A stretch of DNA of 64,000 nt from Bacillota bacterium. Its GTDB lineage: Bacteria; Bacillota; UBA4882; UBA8346. This document shows, piece by piece, positions 10,060 to 21,018 of this stretch. Every line of letters starts with the position of its first letter. Position 1 is the stretch's first letter. The notes beneath the pieces are model-generated. The model worked only from the letters and a program-made list of their open reading frames with translations. It did no database searches and was not told where the DNA came from. Made by a program: the position numbers and the translations under genes. The stretch is from contig JAEZCE010000046.1 of the NCBI GenBank assembly GCA_023429995.1, positions 27,283 through 91,282 of the forward strand, given 5' to 3'.

Positions 10060-11499
10060 TTAGGGAAGCGGATTTCCAGCCGGCATTCCGGCAATCATAA
10101 ACCCGATGCTAATGATGACCGCACAAAAAACAGTCAAGATGATACCGATTTTCAGAAAATCTTTAAAACTGAAGTAATTATAAGCATACGGCAATACGAA
10201 CGATGGGCTCTCGGTAACTAAAATAAAGTGAGTTGAGGCGGCAAAGCCTCCAATCATCGCAAATGACAAAACCGGTAATGAATTTTGTTGTGCAAAAGCG
10301 ATCAAAAAAGGTACATTTACGGAAGCTGCTGCCGTAAAGCTTGAAAATCCGAGTGAATCCACAGCTACCAGTAGAGTAGCAGCAAATGGCTGTAAAAACG
10401 CAGGCAAACTAGCCATAGGCTTTAAAGCAACTTCAGCCACCCAACTGGCTAACCCACTTTGTGAAGCGGCAATCCCCAAGGAAAAACCGCCAATTACCAG
10501 TAATAAAGCTCCCCATTCCAGGTGTTTTTCCACATCGCCCCAAGTCTTAAAAGGCCCAAAACCCGGAAAAGCCAATAAACCTAATATAAGTAAAGAAACC
10601 AAGGCAATTGGGAGCTTGTTCCAAGCGCCGGTAAGCCACAAAACCACTGCGAGTAAAAATACGATGAAAGTAACGATTTCTTGCATTGTCCAGGCACCCA
10701 TGTTTTTGAGTTCCTTATGAAACACATCCTTGCTCAAAGGTAACTCTTTCAATTCCGGCGGAAAAATTCTCAAAATAAGCCACCAGGCAAAAAAACCAAC
10801 GACCACAAAAATGGGCGTGGCAATGGCGGTCCACTGAAGGAATGATATGCTCAATTTGGCATTTTTGGCAATGAAACCCATGGTTATAATATTGGCGGCA
10901 ACTCCCGAGGGCGTACAAATACCGCCAAGAGTCGAACCAAACATGATTGCCATCATCAAATCCTTACCCAAATTACTGCTTCCCGGTTTAGCATCAATTG
11001 ATTTCAATAAACCTACAGTAATCGGCAACATCATCGCTACAACCGCCACATCGGTGATAAACATGGAAATAACAAATGATACCCAAAAATAAATACCTAC
11101 GACCCGGTTTACTTTGGTTCCGGAAAGAGATAACAGTATATAAGTTACCCGTTTCCCCAAACCGGAAATACTGAAAGCAACCGAAAGCGCCAACACACCT
11201 ATGAGGAAAGGAACAAATCCGTCTCCGAAACTTTGAGCAACCGTTTGATCAATTGGAAGTACCCCGGTAAAATGCAGCATTACCGGAATCATCATCGCTG
11301 TTATTGAAATAGGGAGGGTTTCAGTAAGCCACCAAAAAACCGTTGTTGCCATAACACCCAAAGTGCACATCGCAGTTGATTTCATTCCGGCAGGCGCCGG
11401 TAAGAGATAAAAGATTCCCAAAAGTAACAACCCGCTCACAAAAAAAATAATTTTTCGGTTGACACTCGCTTTCGTATTGCTTTGTACTACAGTCTCCAT
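10060..11499 (-). CDS. DASS/SLC13-type (ArsB/NhaD-superfamily) anion transporter
   Basis: 479-aa polytopic membrane protein with an inverted-repeat-like topology and DASS-like segments. This is a family-level call only. Confidence 0.7.
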   Translation of the reverse strand: METVVQSNTKASVNRKIIFFVSGLLLLGIFYLLPAPAGMKSTAMCTLGVMATTVFWWLTETLPISITAMMIPVMLHFTGVLPIDQTVAQSFGDGFVPFLIGVLALSVAFSISGLGKRVTYILLSLSGTKVNRVVGIYFWVSFVISMFITDVAVVAMMLPITVGLLKSIDAKPGSSNLGKDLMMAIMFGSTLGGICTPSGVAANIITMGFIAKNAKLSISFLQWTAIATPIFVVVGFFAWWLILRIFPPELKELPLSKDVFHKELKNMGAWTMQEIVTFIVFLLAVVLWLTGAWNKLPIALVSLLILGLLAFPGFGPFKTWGDVEKHLEWGALLLVIGGFSLGIAASQSGLASWVAEVALKPMASLPAFLQPFAATLLVAVDSLGFSSFTAAASVNVPFLIAFAQQNSLPVLSFAMIGGFAASTHFILVTESPSFVLPYAYNYFSFKDFLKIGIILTVFCAVIISIGFMIAGMPAGNPLP

Positions 11500-11587
11500 C
11501 CATTTTCCCCTTTCTTAACCGATGATAAACTAAATTTACAAAGCCGGACTGCAGAAATTGCGCCAAACATGACTTTTTAGGGATCGT

Positions 11588-12667
11588 TTATTCGATTGTA
11601 ATAACTACTTTCATGGCGCCGTCTTTACGATTAACAAAATAATCAAGTCCTTTATGGAATTCCTCCAGTGGGAAAGTGTGCGTTAATATCGGCTTGGTAT
11701 CAATTCTCCCTTGAGACATTAAAGATAGCGCCCGCTTGCAATTATTCCTGCCCTCCCCCCTCACGGTGTACAGACTGATTCCATTAAAAACTATATGCTC
11801 CAGATCTGCGGTAACCGCTTCTTTATAAAAGGCAATTAGACAAACGGAACTGCCTTTTTTCGTTGACTTAATCGCCAGGTCAAACGATGCATTATTTCCG
11901 GCGCATTCAAAAACAGATTCACAACCTTTTCCAGCGGTAATTTCCATGATCTTTGCCAATGGATCGGCCTCATTTTGAATATTGATGGTATGAGTGGCTC
12001 CAAGCTTCCGTCCCATCGTAAGCCGGTCTTCCCGGGTGCCTACCAAGATAATCTTTTCCGCCCCAAGCGCCTTTGCGCCTTGAACCACTGACAGTCCAAT
12101 CGGTCCGGGACCTATCACCAATAGAGAGTCTCCGGCGATATACCCGCCCACCATGTCGATGGCATAAAGAGCACAACCTAAGGTAGTTACATATGTGGCT
12201 TCCACAAAAGATAAATTATCCGGAATCTTATAGATAGAATTGATATGGTGAACTGCATACTGGGCAAATCCACCATCCACAGTCAATCCTGAGGCGCGAT
12301 GAGTTTTATCGATCCGCCCGTAATTCAAACACGATGTATATTTTCCGGCTATACAGTTTTCACAACGGCCACACCCCTTATGAGCTTCAATGGCTACGCG
12401 ATCTCCAATTTTGAATTCATCAACCGTGTCACCTAAAGCTACAATCGTACCGGCCCATTCATGTCCGAAAGTAAATTCCCCGTAAGCCGGCATCCTTGGT
12501 ATACCCTTATGGATAATTTTAGCATCGGTACCGCAAATCCCGCATGCGGCGACCTTAATCAATACTTCACCGGAACCAGGCTTGGGAACAGGTTTTTCCA
12601 CCATCCGTACATCATCGGGCGCAAAAAGTACTAAAGCTTTCATTTTATCCGGGAGTTGTTGATTCAT
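11588..12667 (-). CDS. Zinc-dependent alcohol/polyol dehydrogenase (MDR family)
   Basis: GICGTD, GHEWAG and CGRCENC zinc motifs plus the GPGPIG Rossmann motif. GGAGGG precedes the ATG at 12667. Confidence 0.85.
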   Translation of the reverse strand: MNQQLPDKMKALVLFAPDDVRMVEKPVPKPGSGEVLIKVAACGICGTDAKIIHKGIPRMPAYGEFTFGHEWAGTIVALGDTVDEFKIGDRVAIEAHKGCGRCENCIAGKYTSCLNYGRIDKTHRASGLTVDGGFAQYAVHHINSIYKIPDNLSFVEATYVTTLGCALYAIDMVGGYIAGDSLLVIGPGPIGLSVVQGAKALGAEKIILVGTREDRLTMGRKLGATHTINIQNEADPLAKIMEITAGKGCESVFECAGNNASFDLAIKSTKKGSSVCLIAFYKEAVTADLEHIVFNGISLYTVRGEGRNNCKRALSLMSQGRIDTKPILTHTFPLEEFHKGLDYFVNRKDGAMKVVITIE

Positions 12668-13185
12668 TCTCCAAGTACCCTCCTTCATTTTTGGTTTTTC
12701 TTTGAAAACAAGGTAAAATTTTAAAATTTGTTAAAATTAATTTTTAATTAGAAAAATCTTTAAAACCCAACAAAAAATCAACTGATTTTTCGGTAACCTG
12801 GCTGTCATGACTAAAGATACAAGTTTAGTTTTAGACCCACGGCTTTGCGTCTTCGGCTTTTACCGAATTTGCCATTATCGTCATTAGTTGATTATTATTA
12901 ATTATTGATTATATTATATACCTATTTTAAAAAAATGACAATTTGTAAACATTAATATTAAATCATTATTTTTATAGAACGGTTTATTGCTATTATTCCG
13001 CCCTGTGGTTACTATGATGAATATTCAAAATTAGAATCATCGGACAAATAAGGCAGATCATTCAATCCTATAATTAATTTACTAATATTTCGTATTTATT
13101 AGTCCTTTTTCTAAGCTATTTAAGAAGGGTTTATTCACATTTTCACGAATGTTATGGATATCTTTTAAGGAAGGTTTTTGAGACA

Positions 13186-13911
13186 ATGGCATTATCGGCA
13201 ATTTTATGGGATTATGACGGAACACTGGTCGATAGCACTAAAAAAAATATGGCTGTTACGATTGAGGTTTTACAAAACTTTATTCCTGATATTCAACAAA
13301 ATCTGCCATTCGTTCTAACCGATGCCGAAGAATACCGCAGGGCCAATCACAAATTTAAAGACTGGCGGGAAATGTACCGTGAGTGTTATAGCTTATCCGA
13401 AAGCCAAATCGATAGGGCCGGTGATTTATGGAGCGCATTTCAGTTAAAAAACCAATTCACACCCGAACTTTTCCCCGGTCTTGATAATCTTTTCAAAACG
13501 TTTGGAGATTTTAAGCAGGGCATTTGTTCCCGGAATTGTGCGATTACAATAAGGAAAGCACTGAATGAATTGGGAATATCGCCTTATTTTCAAGCGATTG
13601 TTGGTTATGAAGAAGTAACCTGGACAGAGCAAAAGCCGAACCCTGCCGGTTTCCTCCAATGCCTGAACATACTGAATGTTAGCCTAGACCATACGACTGT
13701 CTTTTATATCGGTGATCATCAGGAAGATGTGATGTTTGGCAAAAACGCCGAGGCGGTGTTGAATCATAGAGGCCACCAGGTTGAAGTAAAATGTATTGCC
13801 GTTGATTACAGCGGTTCAAAACCTTCCGAGTGGATTTTAAAACCGGATTTTGTCGCTTCCTCCCCTGATGACATTCAGTCAATCATCAATGGTTTCATAC
13901 ATCCATCATAA
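13186..13911 (+). CDS. HAD-superfamily hydrolase (phosphoglycolate-phosphatase-like)
   Basis: DYDGTLVDS motif I and a late GDHxxD motif. Confidence 0.75.
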   Translation: MALSAILWDYDGTLVDSTKKNMAVTIEVLQNFIPDIQQNLPFVLTDAEEYRRANHKFKDWREMYRECYSLSESQIDRAGDLWSAFQLKNQFTPELFPGLDNLFKTFGDFKQGICSRNCAITIRKALNELGISPYFQAIVGYEEVTWTEQKPNPAGFLQCLNILNVSLDHTTVFYIGDHQEDVMFGKNAEAVLNHRGHQVEVKCIAVDYSGSKPSEWILKPDFVASSPDDIQSIINGFIHPS

Positions 13912-13921
13912 AATTTTACAC

Positions 13922-13970
13922 AAACCGACGGCCCGCTATCTTTACAGATAATGGGCCGTCGGTTTTTAAA
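13922..13970. terminator. Hairpin terminator between the convergent HAD and lon genes
   Basis: AAACCGACGGCCC (13922-13934) pairs with GGGCCGTCGGTTT (13953-13965), followed by TTTAAAA. Confidence 0.6.
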
Positions 13971-14046
13971 ATACTATAAAAGAAATATTATCAGCGTTCT
14001 CTTTCTTTTTTTAAACAACTCCATAAACGGGCTTTAATTAACCCAT

Positions 14047-16455
14047 CTACGACGCCTTATCGGTAACTTGGAAAGTTCCCTCTCCATATAACTTCCCATG
14101 AATCACATGCTCAATTCGCGGCAGGGAAATCCCTAAGGTTTCTTTCAGCACATCTTCAATGGTCTCAACGGGTATAATGGCAAGTTGCTTCTTCACCTCT
14201 TCCGGCACATCCTTCAGGTCAACCGCATTATCCTGGGGAATCAAAACTTTGGTGATCCCCGCCCGCTGGGCTCCAAATAATTTTTCCTTGAGGCCTCCGA
14301 TTGGCAATACGGCTCCCCTTAAAGTGATTTCGCCGGTCATGGCAATTTTGGAATCGACCTTTATGCCGGTGAACAAGGAAGCGAGGGCAGTAAATAATGC
14401 AATACCCGCCGACGGGCCATCTTTGGGAACCGCCCCTGATGGAACATGAATGTGCAAGTCTCTTTCCTTAAAATTAACCGCGTTCATGGGCAATCTCGAT
14501 TTCAGCAAGCTTAGGGAAATTCTGGCCGATTCCTTCATCACATCACCCAATTTACCGGTTAGGGTCACTTCGCCGCTACCCGACATATCGGTTGCTTCAA
14601 TGAAAAGGATTTCGCCTCCCACCGGAGTCCAGGCCAGGCCGGTAACCACTCCCGGCGGGTTTTCCAGCTCCGCCTTATCATGTCGGGAAACTTTTGTTCC
14701 TAACAATTCCTCTAATTGCTCCATTTTAACTCGATAAGGCAATTCTATTTTGGTCGATACGATTTTCTCCGAGGCCACTCTGGCAAGGGCAGCCAATTGT
14801 TTTTTCAATCCCCTGACTCCGGCTTCCAAGGTGTAGTCGCTGATTATGGCTTGTAACACCTCATCCTCGATTACCAATTGTTCGGCGGTTAGTCCGTGAT
14901 CTTCCAAAACTGCAGGAAATAAATGATTTCTCCCAATATGGAACTTTTCATTCGTTGTATAGCTGGAGATTTGAATCACTTCCATTCTATCCAGCAACGG
15001 ACCGGGAATGCTCTCCAGAGAATTCGCGGTAGCGATAAAGAAAACATCCGATAAATCATAGGGCAGATCCAAATAATGATCGGTAAAACTGTTGTTTTGT
15101 TCCGGATCCAGCACCTCCAGTAAAGCGCTGGCAGGATCGCCGCTATAACCGCCAACCATCAGCTTGTCGACTTCATCTAAAACCATCACCGGGTTGGTTG
15201 CTCCGGCCTTTTTGATACTTTGAATAATTCTTCCCGGCATCGCCCCAATATAAGTCCGGCGGTGGCCCCGAATCTCCGCTTCGTCCCTGATCCCGCCCAA
15301 GCTCAAACGGACATACTTCCTATCCAAAGCTTCGGCAATACTCTTTCCCAGACTAGTCTTTCCGGTTCCGGGCGGTCCGACCAGCAACAGAATCGAACCC
15401 TTTTTGTCTTTTTTAAGCTGCATTACCGCCAAGTGCTGTATGATTCGTTCCTTCACTTTGTCCAATCCATAGTGTTGTTCATCTAAAATCCGTCTCGCTT
15501 CCATCAACTTAATGGGTTTACCTTCACTCTTTTTCCAGGGCAGTTGCACCAACAGATCCAAGTAGTTGCGAATGCCGTTCGATTCCGGACTATTCGGACC
15601 CCCGGCATCCAATTTATTCAATTCATCCAGCGCCGTATTCTTTACATCCAGGGGCATACCGGCTTCTTCGATTTTTCTTACATAATCGTTATCCTTTTTA
15701 GCGCCGGGACCCTTACCTTCGTTTAATTCTTCTTGAATGGCTTTTAATTGTTCCCTAAGTACGGATTCTCTGTAACTTTTATTGGTTTTTTCAGAAAATC
15801 TTTCCGCCATCTCCAACTGCAGCTCCACGGTTTCCTTTAGTTTGATCAGATAATCGATAAACTTTAAGCCTCTGGCCTTTAGGGACTGTGTTTCCAGTAA
15901 GTCATACTTTTCGCTGTTGGATATGGGCATAAATTGCGATAAAAACATCATCAATGAATTTAAGTCCTTAAATTCATCAAATACCTTCATGAATCGCTCT
16001 GACCCTTTGTATTTCTCGCTGAGTTCCCGGGTGATTTTTTTCAGATAAGCCACCATTTCGGCTTGGCTCGTTTCGTTGAGATCGATATCATCAGGAGAAA
16101 TACCATATTCGGCATGGATAAAATCGGTTTCAATTCGCAGGGCTTTGATTTCCACCCTATCTAAAACCTTAATCTTCAGCCGGTAGCCCTTTTCGGCTTC
16201 CTCCACTTCATCAACAAGAAAGGAAACGCCTATCTTGTAGAAATCCTCTTCTTTTAACCGTTTACGGCTAAAGTTCTGTTTGAGGGTTAAGGCAATGCTG
16301 GTACTATCTTCCTTGCTCAGATTTTCAAGTTCCTCTTCACTGAGCCTGGGTACCCAAAGAATGGAATTTACCCCCGGTAATAAAACCGTATCCGATATGG
16401 GGATAACCATTCCCGCCTGATAGTTTTTTTCAAAATTGTTTTTGCCAAAGTTCAT
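14047..16455 (-). CDS. lon: ATP-dependent Lon protease (LonA type)
   Basis: LON N-domain, AAA+ Walker A GPPGTGKTS and the protease motif PKDGPSAGIA. AAAGGGTG precedes the ATG at 16455; the alternative upstream ATG is at 16485. Confidence 0.9.
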   Translation of the reverse strand: MNFGKNNFEKNYQAGMVIPISDTVLLPGVNSILWVPRLSEEELENLSKEDSTSIALTLKQNFSRKRLKEEDFYKIGVSFLVDEVEEAEKGYRLKIKVLDRVEIKALRIETDFIHAEYGISPDDIDLNETSQAEMVAYLKKITRELSEKYKGSERFMKVFDEFKDLNSLMMFLSQFMPISNSEKYDLLETQSLKARGLKFIDYLIKLKETVELQLEMAERFSEKTNKSYRESVLREQLKAIQEELNEGKGPGAKKDNDYVRKIEEAGMPLDVKNTALDELNKLDAGGPNSPESNGIRNYLDLLVQLPWKKSEGKPIKLMEARRILDEQHYGLDKVKERIIQHLAVMQLKKDKKGSILLLVGPPGTGKTSLGKSIAEALDRKYVRLSLGGIRDEAEIRGHRRTYIGAMPGRIIQSIKKAGATNPVMVLDEVDKLMVGGYSGDPASALLEVLDPEQNNSFTDHYLDLPYDLSDVFFIATANSLESIPGPLLDRMEVIQISSYTTNEKFHIGRNHLFPAVLEDHGLTAEQLVIEDEVLQAIISDYTLEAGVRGLKKQLAALARVASEKIVSTKIELPYRVKMEQLEELLGTKVSRHDKAELENPPGVVTGLAWTPVGGEILFIEATDMSGSGEVTLTGKLGDVMKESARISLSLLKSRLPMNAVNFKERDLHIHVPSGAVPKDGPSAGIALFTALASLFTGIKVDSKIAMTGEITLRGAVLPIGGLKEKLFGAQRAGITKVLIPQDNAVDLKDVPEEVKKQLAIIPVETIEDVLKETLGISLPRIEHVIHGKLYGEGTFQVTDKAS

Positions 16456-16574
16456 GATGGGATTCACCCTTTCCGAAGCATTCATAAGCGAACGCTCGTT
16501 TAATTATTTGTTAAAATATAACGAGATTTTTGGGTCTCGCCTTCAAAATTTCTTCCATTTATATGGAAATACCT

Positions 16575-17141
16575 TTATATCAATAAAGCGTCCTGGATCA
16601 TTTGAATCATTTCCTGAAGCAGCGCCGCTCTTTCGGATTCAGTTTTGCGGCGATTGACTGCAATTGATTTGACCGGATAAAATATCACCGCAAACAAATT
16701 TTCGTTGCTATAATCCTTGATGATATGTTTATTTTTCATCTCGACTATCAAATGATTGATTTTGCACATGCCGTTTATTTCGGAACAACAACCACTCGCT
16801 AGTGAGGGACAATTGGAAAACTGGTCGACAAAGTGAAAAATTTCTTCATGCTCTTGAATGTAGTTATAATAACTTCGGATCAGGATTTCGATAAGTTGGC
16901 GGCCCTCCATTTCTTGCTGGACTCGATTTAAAAGATAATTAAAAATTTCTTCGGAGTACTCACGGTAAATATCCTGAAGCATAATTTCTTTGTTTTCAAA
17001 ATAAATATAGACGGTGGCCGGAGAAACACCCGCTTCTTTAGCGATTTTTGAAATCGATGTCCCTTGAAACCCCTCTTCCAGGATTAACTTAATAACTGCT
17101 TCTTTGATACTTCTTTCTTTTTCGTCATCTCTTCTTCTCAT
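16575..17141 (-). CDS. TetR/AcrR-family transcriptional regulator
   Basis: N-terminal HTH (FQGTSISKIAKEAGVSPATVYIYF). AGGGGTG precedes the ATG at 17141. Confidence 0.8.
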   Translation of the reverse strand: MRRRDDEKERSIKEAVIKLILEEGFQGTSISKIAKEAGVSPATVYIYFENKEIMLQDIYREYSEEIFNYLLNRVQQEMEGRQLIEILIRSYYNYIQEHEEIFHFVDQFSNCPSLASGCCSEINGMCKINHLIVEMKNKHIIKDYSNENLFAVIFYPVKSIAVNRRKTESERAALLQEMIQMIQDALLI

Positions 17142-17227
17142 CGGAGCACCCCTATTGATATTTTCTATCATAAACGATCGTTCATTTATTGTCAAGATAA
17201 TTCACGTTCCATTCCGTCAAATAAGTC

Positions 17228-17261
17228 GTAAGCCGTCCAAAAAGAGCAGCGGACGGCTTAC
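17228..17261 (-). terminator. Hairpin downstream of the 144-aa ORF
   Basis: GTAAGCCGTCC (17228-17238) pairs with GGACGGCTTAC (17251-17261). The T-run on the minus strand is only modest. Confidence 0.4.
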
Positions 17262-17285
17262 CCGATCAAATTTATCTACGGATGA

Positions 17286-17720
17286 CTAATTGGGGTTCAA
17301 AAGAAAGTACGGTTTAGGGTAACATATTTTGACCAGTTCGCGAAAGAAAACAGTATTGCCCTCTTGGCTTGTATAAGGCGGGACACTTCTACCGAAACAA
17401 TTGATGATGATAAATTCATTCTCAGGGAGTGTAAATCGCATTTCATACAATAAAGTGTTATGGATACCTACATCAGCCCATAGCACCGCTAAATGTTGCG
17501 GGTCAAGTAAATATGGCTCAGTCACCGGAACATTATCGCCTATATGAACCGGGAGTTTTACGGGCTGATCATAAGAAGACCAGTCCCACACTTCAACAAG
17601 AATATCATAAGCCGCATGGTAACCTAAATTAACAATGTTCGCCACTGCACTTACTGTAGATGGTTCTCTTCCTAATACTCCCGTCGATAATACGGAAGTC
17701 AATACTTTCTGGTCATCCAT
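17286..17720 (-). CDS. Hypothetical protein (144 aa), last gene of the glycan operon region
   Basis: Clean ORF with no family recognisable by eye, no TM segment and no signal peptide. Confidence 0.5.
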   Translation of the reverse strand: MDDQKVLTSVLSTGVLGREPSTVSAVANIVNLGYHAAYDILVEVWDWSSYDQPVKLPVHIGDNVPVTEPYLLDPQHLAVLWADVGIHNTLLYEMRFTLPENEFIIINCFGRSVPPYTSQEGNTVFFRELVKICYPKPYFLLNPN

Positions 17721-17910
17721 TCAATCATCTCCCGCGTTATTCCTATCATAAACTTATGTTTAAATAATCCAAAGTGTTACAATTCATCGGAATAACATTG
17801 CAAAAGCTCTATGCGGGGAATATGAAAGATGGATTCAACAGATTTCTTTACTCTTTTCATCGAATGCCAATTGCTCATTATCCATGACCATAACATCCTT
17901 GGCGGCTCGT

Positions 17911-19260
17911 TTACGAAAGTTTGAGAACCCGCTGCAGCCAATGGTGCATAACAACAAAGGCGGCCACCAGCAAAAGATTAGTCATCATCACCGCATACAT
18001 CGTACCGGTAATTCCAAGGTATCGGGTAAAGTAATATTGAATGAGGAGGGCGACGGGGATGGTAAAGCTTAACGGAATGAGGCAAAATTTAGCGCCTTGG
18101 TTCCCTTCCATCGTAAAAATGGAGTTGTAGATTTGAAATATTGAATAGAATCCAATTGCTGAAGAAGTTAATAAAATATAACCCGGATTGAGCGGATATT
18201 CTTTTCCGGATAACAACACAACTACCGTAGTGAACCCTGCTGTCAGCAAAACTATGGTTAACCACAGAACCGGAACAAATCGTTGAATGGTGTGAAAAAG
18301 CCGGTTTTTATTTGCTCCGGAAATCGCAGGCAAGAACACAACCGCAAAGACTTCATAAAACATAATGGAAAATAAGCCCCGTACAAAACCTTGATAAATG
18401 GAATATATCCCCAAATCCCTGCCTGGGTAAAAGTAATTGACCATAAAAAAATCACTGGAACTGATCAGCATAATCAGTAAGCTATTAAACATATTGAAAG
18501 CGCCATAATGATATATCTGTTTAAAAGCCGATCCGGACAGGGAAAAAGAATGGAAATCGCTTTTATAGAGCGCCGCCATAACAAACAGGACTTGGGCTGC
18601 GAAAAATGAATAAAAGTAATGATCGAAATCCATCGTTTGGAAATAATACCAAAACAGAAACATTAAAAAGAAAATGAAACTGCCGGCCACTTTCAAGTGG
18701 GCTAACGGAAGATACTTTTTTTGGCCGCGCATAAAAGATTCGCTTAAAATATATAAGTCCAGAACTATCGTAGCCGCGATTCCCATTTGCCAGATGGGGA
18801 TCCCAATTTTAAGGGTGTTTTTAACGAAAATACCTATCTGAAAATAGAATAGCGAGAAAAAACCCATCAAACTGAAGTTTCCAATCAAAGCCGCCGTTTT
18901 GAGCCGGTCATTTTGGCGGGAGAGGCTGTCCGGCAAGTATTTATACATGGAGAAGTTGATCCCAGCCATCATTGGCAGCAACAGTATATTGGAGATATTG
19001 TTGACCAGATTGATTTCTCCATATCCGGAGGGGCCAAGCAAATGTGCCGCCAAGATGGAAATTACCGCTGTAAATACGGAACCGATTACCTTATATAGAA
19101 AAACCATCCCCAAATCGTTCATGAATTCTTTGATGGATGATTTCCCCTGGGAATCTTCAAATCTCGAGAGAACCCAATTTCTGGAAAGCATCCAATCCAT
19201 GAAACGATTTTGCCGCCTGGTGAAGTAGCTTCGGAATTTATTGACCCATTTGGCCGTCAT
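17911..19260 (-). CDS. Polysaccharide/oligosaccharide flippase (MOP/Wzx-like)
   Basis: 449 aa with roughly 12-14 TM segments and an N-terminal basic region. The ATGA start overlaps the upstream GT2 stop. Confidence 0.7.
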   Translation of the reverse strand: MTAKWVNKFRSYFTRRQNRFMDWMLSRNWVLSRFEDSQGKSSIKEFMNDLGMVFLYKVIGSVFTAVISILAAHLLGPSGYGEINLVNNISNILLLPMMAGINFSMYKYLPDSLSRQNDRLKTAALIGNFSLMGFFSLFYFQIGIFVKNTLKIGIPIWQMGIAATIVLDLYILSESFMRGQKKYLPLAHLKVAGSFIFFLMFLFWYYFQTMDFDHYFYSFFAAQVLFVMAALYKSDFHSFSLSGSAFKQIYHYGAFNMFNSLLIMLISSSDFFMVNYFYPGRDLGIYSIYQGFVRGLFSIMFYEVFAVVFLPAISGANKNRLFHTIQRFVPVLWLTIVLLTAGFTTVVVLLSGKEYPLNPGYILLTSSAIGFYSIFQIYNSIFTMEGNQGAKFCLIPLSFTIPVALLIQYYFTRYLGITGTMYAVMMTNLLLVAAFVVMHHWLQRVLKLS

Positions 19261-20093
19261 CGAAAATCAATGAACCTTTCAAGATACACTTTAACTAGCA
19301 TGGCCCGTAAAATCAAATGGGCCCTCATATCCCCCCGGCACTTTTTGATCATGTATTTTAAATTCTTTCGGGAATCCCCGAATTGTTCTTTGGTATTGCT
19401 CGGATGGGACAGGTGATAATTTAAAATAGCCGATTTTTGAAAACGAACCCCCTTCTTATGAAGGCGGTATCCAAGTTCGAGATCTTCATGGCCCCAGCCG
19501 CGGAATTTTTCATCGAAACAACCCGCTGCGATTAAGTCTTTTCTGGGTACGGAGACGTTACCGGTAAAAAAAGTCATCCATCCCAGCGAACCCTCGGGTT
19601 GAAACAATAAGCGACGCCGGATTTTTGGAACGGATTCTTTAGCTACAATTGCTTTATCGATGATTTGCCGGTAACGCTGAGTTTGATCCGTAACAAAAAA
19701 CAAATTTTGAATTTCGCTGTCGGTTAAATAAACATCCCGCCGCTGTCCCAGCAATACACAAGGTTCCTTCTGCCCTTCCAGATGCTGCTGGATAAAATCT
19801 TCACAGGGTATCCGGTCATCATCCAAAAAAATGATCACCTTGCCCCGGGCAAGTTTAATCCCTAAATTCCGGGCTGCGGAACGCCCGTTATTCCTCATGC
19901 AAATGATTTGCAAGGGGTTGAATGAAAACTGATAGGCTTCAAAACTGTCGATGGTTTCCGGACAACACCCGTCAAAAACGATGATGACTTCAATTTCATC
20001 GGTCATTTGGTTTTCTAAAAACTTTAAAACCAACCGTAACCGGGCTAATTTATCTTTAGTCGGGATGATAATACTCGCTTTGATGTTAGCCAT
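19257..20093 (-). CDS. Family-2 glycosyltransferase
   Basis: SIIIPTKDK ... VIIFLDDD (DxD) GT-A signature. The ATG at 20093 overlaps the upstream TAA (ATGGCTAA), with GGAG upstream. Confidence 0.8.
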   Translation of the reverse strand: MANIKASIIIPTKDKLARLRLVLKFLENQMTDEIEVIIVFDGCCPETIDSFEAYQFSFNPLQIICMRNNGRSAARNLGIKLARGKVIIFLDDDRIPCEDFIQQHLEGQKEPCVLLGQRRDVYLTDSEIQNLFFVTDQTQRYRQIIDKAIVAKESVPKIRRRLLFQPEGSLGWMTFFTGNVSVPRKDLIAAGCFDEKFRGWGHEDLELGYRLHKKGVRFQKSAILNYHLSHPSNTKEQFGDSRKNLKYMIKKCRGDMRAHLILRAMLVKVYLERFIDFR

Positions 20094-20958
20094 TGAACCG
20101 CTCCTGACAATGTTCGACCATCTCTTGCAAGAAAAATCCGGTGTTTCTGACCATCCGGATGACAATCAACGACAATCGGGTAATATGGTCCCCTTGGGTT
20201 TTGACATAAAAATATAGATAATTATTCAATTCCTCTTCCTTGTAATTCTTGGACTTCGAGTGAACGATGTGATAATTGATGATCTGAGATTTTTTAATGA
20301 GCTTGATCTTCTTTTTTAAAAACCGGTAGCCCAGATCACTGTCTTCCCATCCCCAACCGACAAAATTTTCATCAAACAAACCGACTTCCATCATATCCTC
20401 TCTACCGACCGATAAGTTGGAGGTCACACAGGCAAGCCAAGGAACAGGGCTTACCAAAGGCAATAAACATATTTTATTTTTAAGCCAAGTTATATCGCGC
20501 TTCGCCGAGGATAAAATATTTCCCATCCGGCGGTGAAATTCCTCAGCATCGCCCAATTCCCCGATGGTTTCCTCGGCTAAAAATATTTGCATCCTTTTGC
20601 CTAAAATCATGCAGCGCTGCTGCTGATGGGCCAAAACATGATCTTGAATAAAATGAGGCCCGGGGATACGATCGTCATCCATAAAAATCAAAATTTCACC
20701 GGATGCCTTCCTGATTCCATGATTCCTGGCTGCGGCCCGGCCTACATTTTGATCGATAACAATTAAAACGTTTTTAAAGGGTAAATCGATTTTATGAAAC
20801 GCCGCTACATCCTCTCGATTATAACCATCCATGACTACAATGACTTCATGGTTTTGGTTGACTTGGAATGATAATGCGTATAAAACCAGCCGCAACCGGG
20901 ATATTTTATTTCGGGTCGGAATAATGATTGAAGCTTCCAATGGGTTCAAATCAATCAT
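20086..20958 (-). CDS. Family-2 glycosyltransferase (paralogue of the downstream gene)
   Basis: SIIIPTRNK ... ILIFMDDD GT-A signature. The two GT2 proteins align along their full length. Confidence 0.8.
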   Translation of the reverse strand: MIDLNPLEASIIIPTRNKISRLRLVLYALSFQVNQNHEVIVVMDGYNREDVAAFHKIDLPFKNVLIVIDQNVGRAAARNHGIRKASGEILIFMDDDRIPGPHFIQDHVLAHQQQRCMILGKRMQIFLAEETIGELGDAEEFHRRMGNILSSAKRDITWLKNKICLLPLVSPVPWLACVTSNLSVGREDMMEVGLFDENFVGWGWEDSDLGYRFLKKKIKLIKKSQIINYHIVHSKSKNYKEEELNNYLYFYVKTQGDHITRLSLIVIRMVRNTGFFLQEMVEHCQERFNG

Positions 20959-21018
20959 TCCCTTCTTTTCTAAACATATTGATTCCGGCGAAGTATGATT
21001 AGGAAAGTATAAACACTT

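Noticed and set aside
12689-13185. Riboswitch or small gene in the 497-bp AT-rich gap between the ADH/DASS operon and the HAD gene.
   Set aside because: It contains only short, weak inverted repeats (TTCGGTAA/TTACCGAA). There is no conserved riboswitch core and no ORF with an RBS. It is most simply a divergent promoter region.
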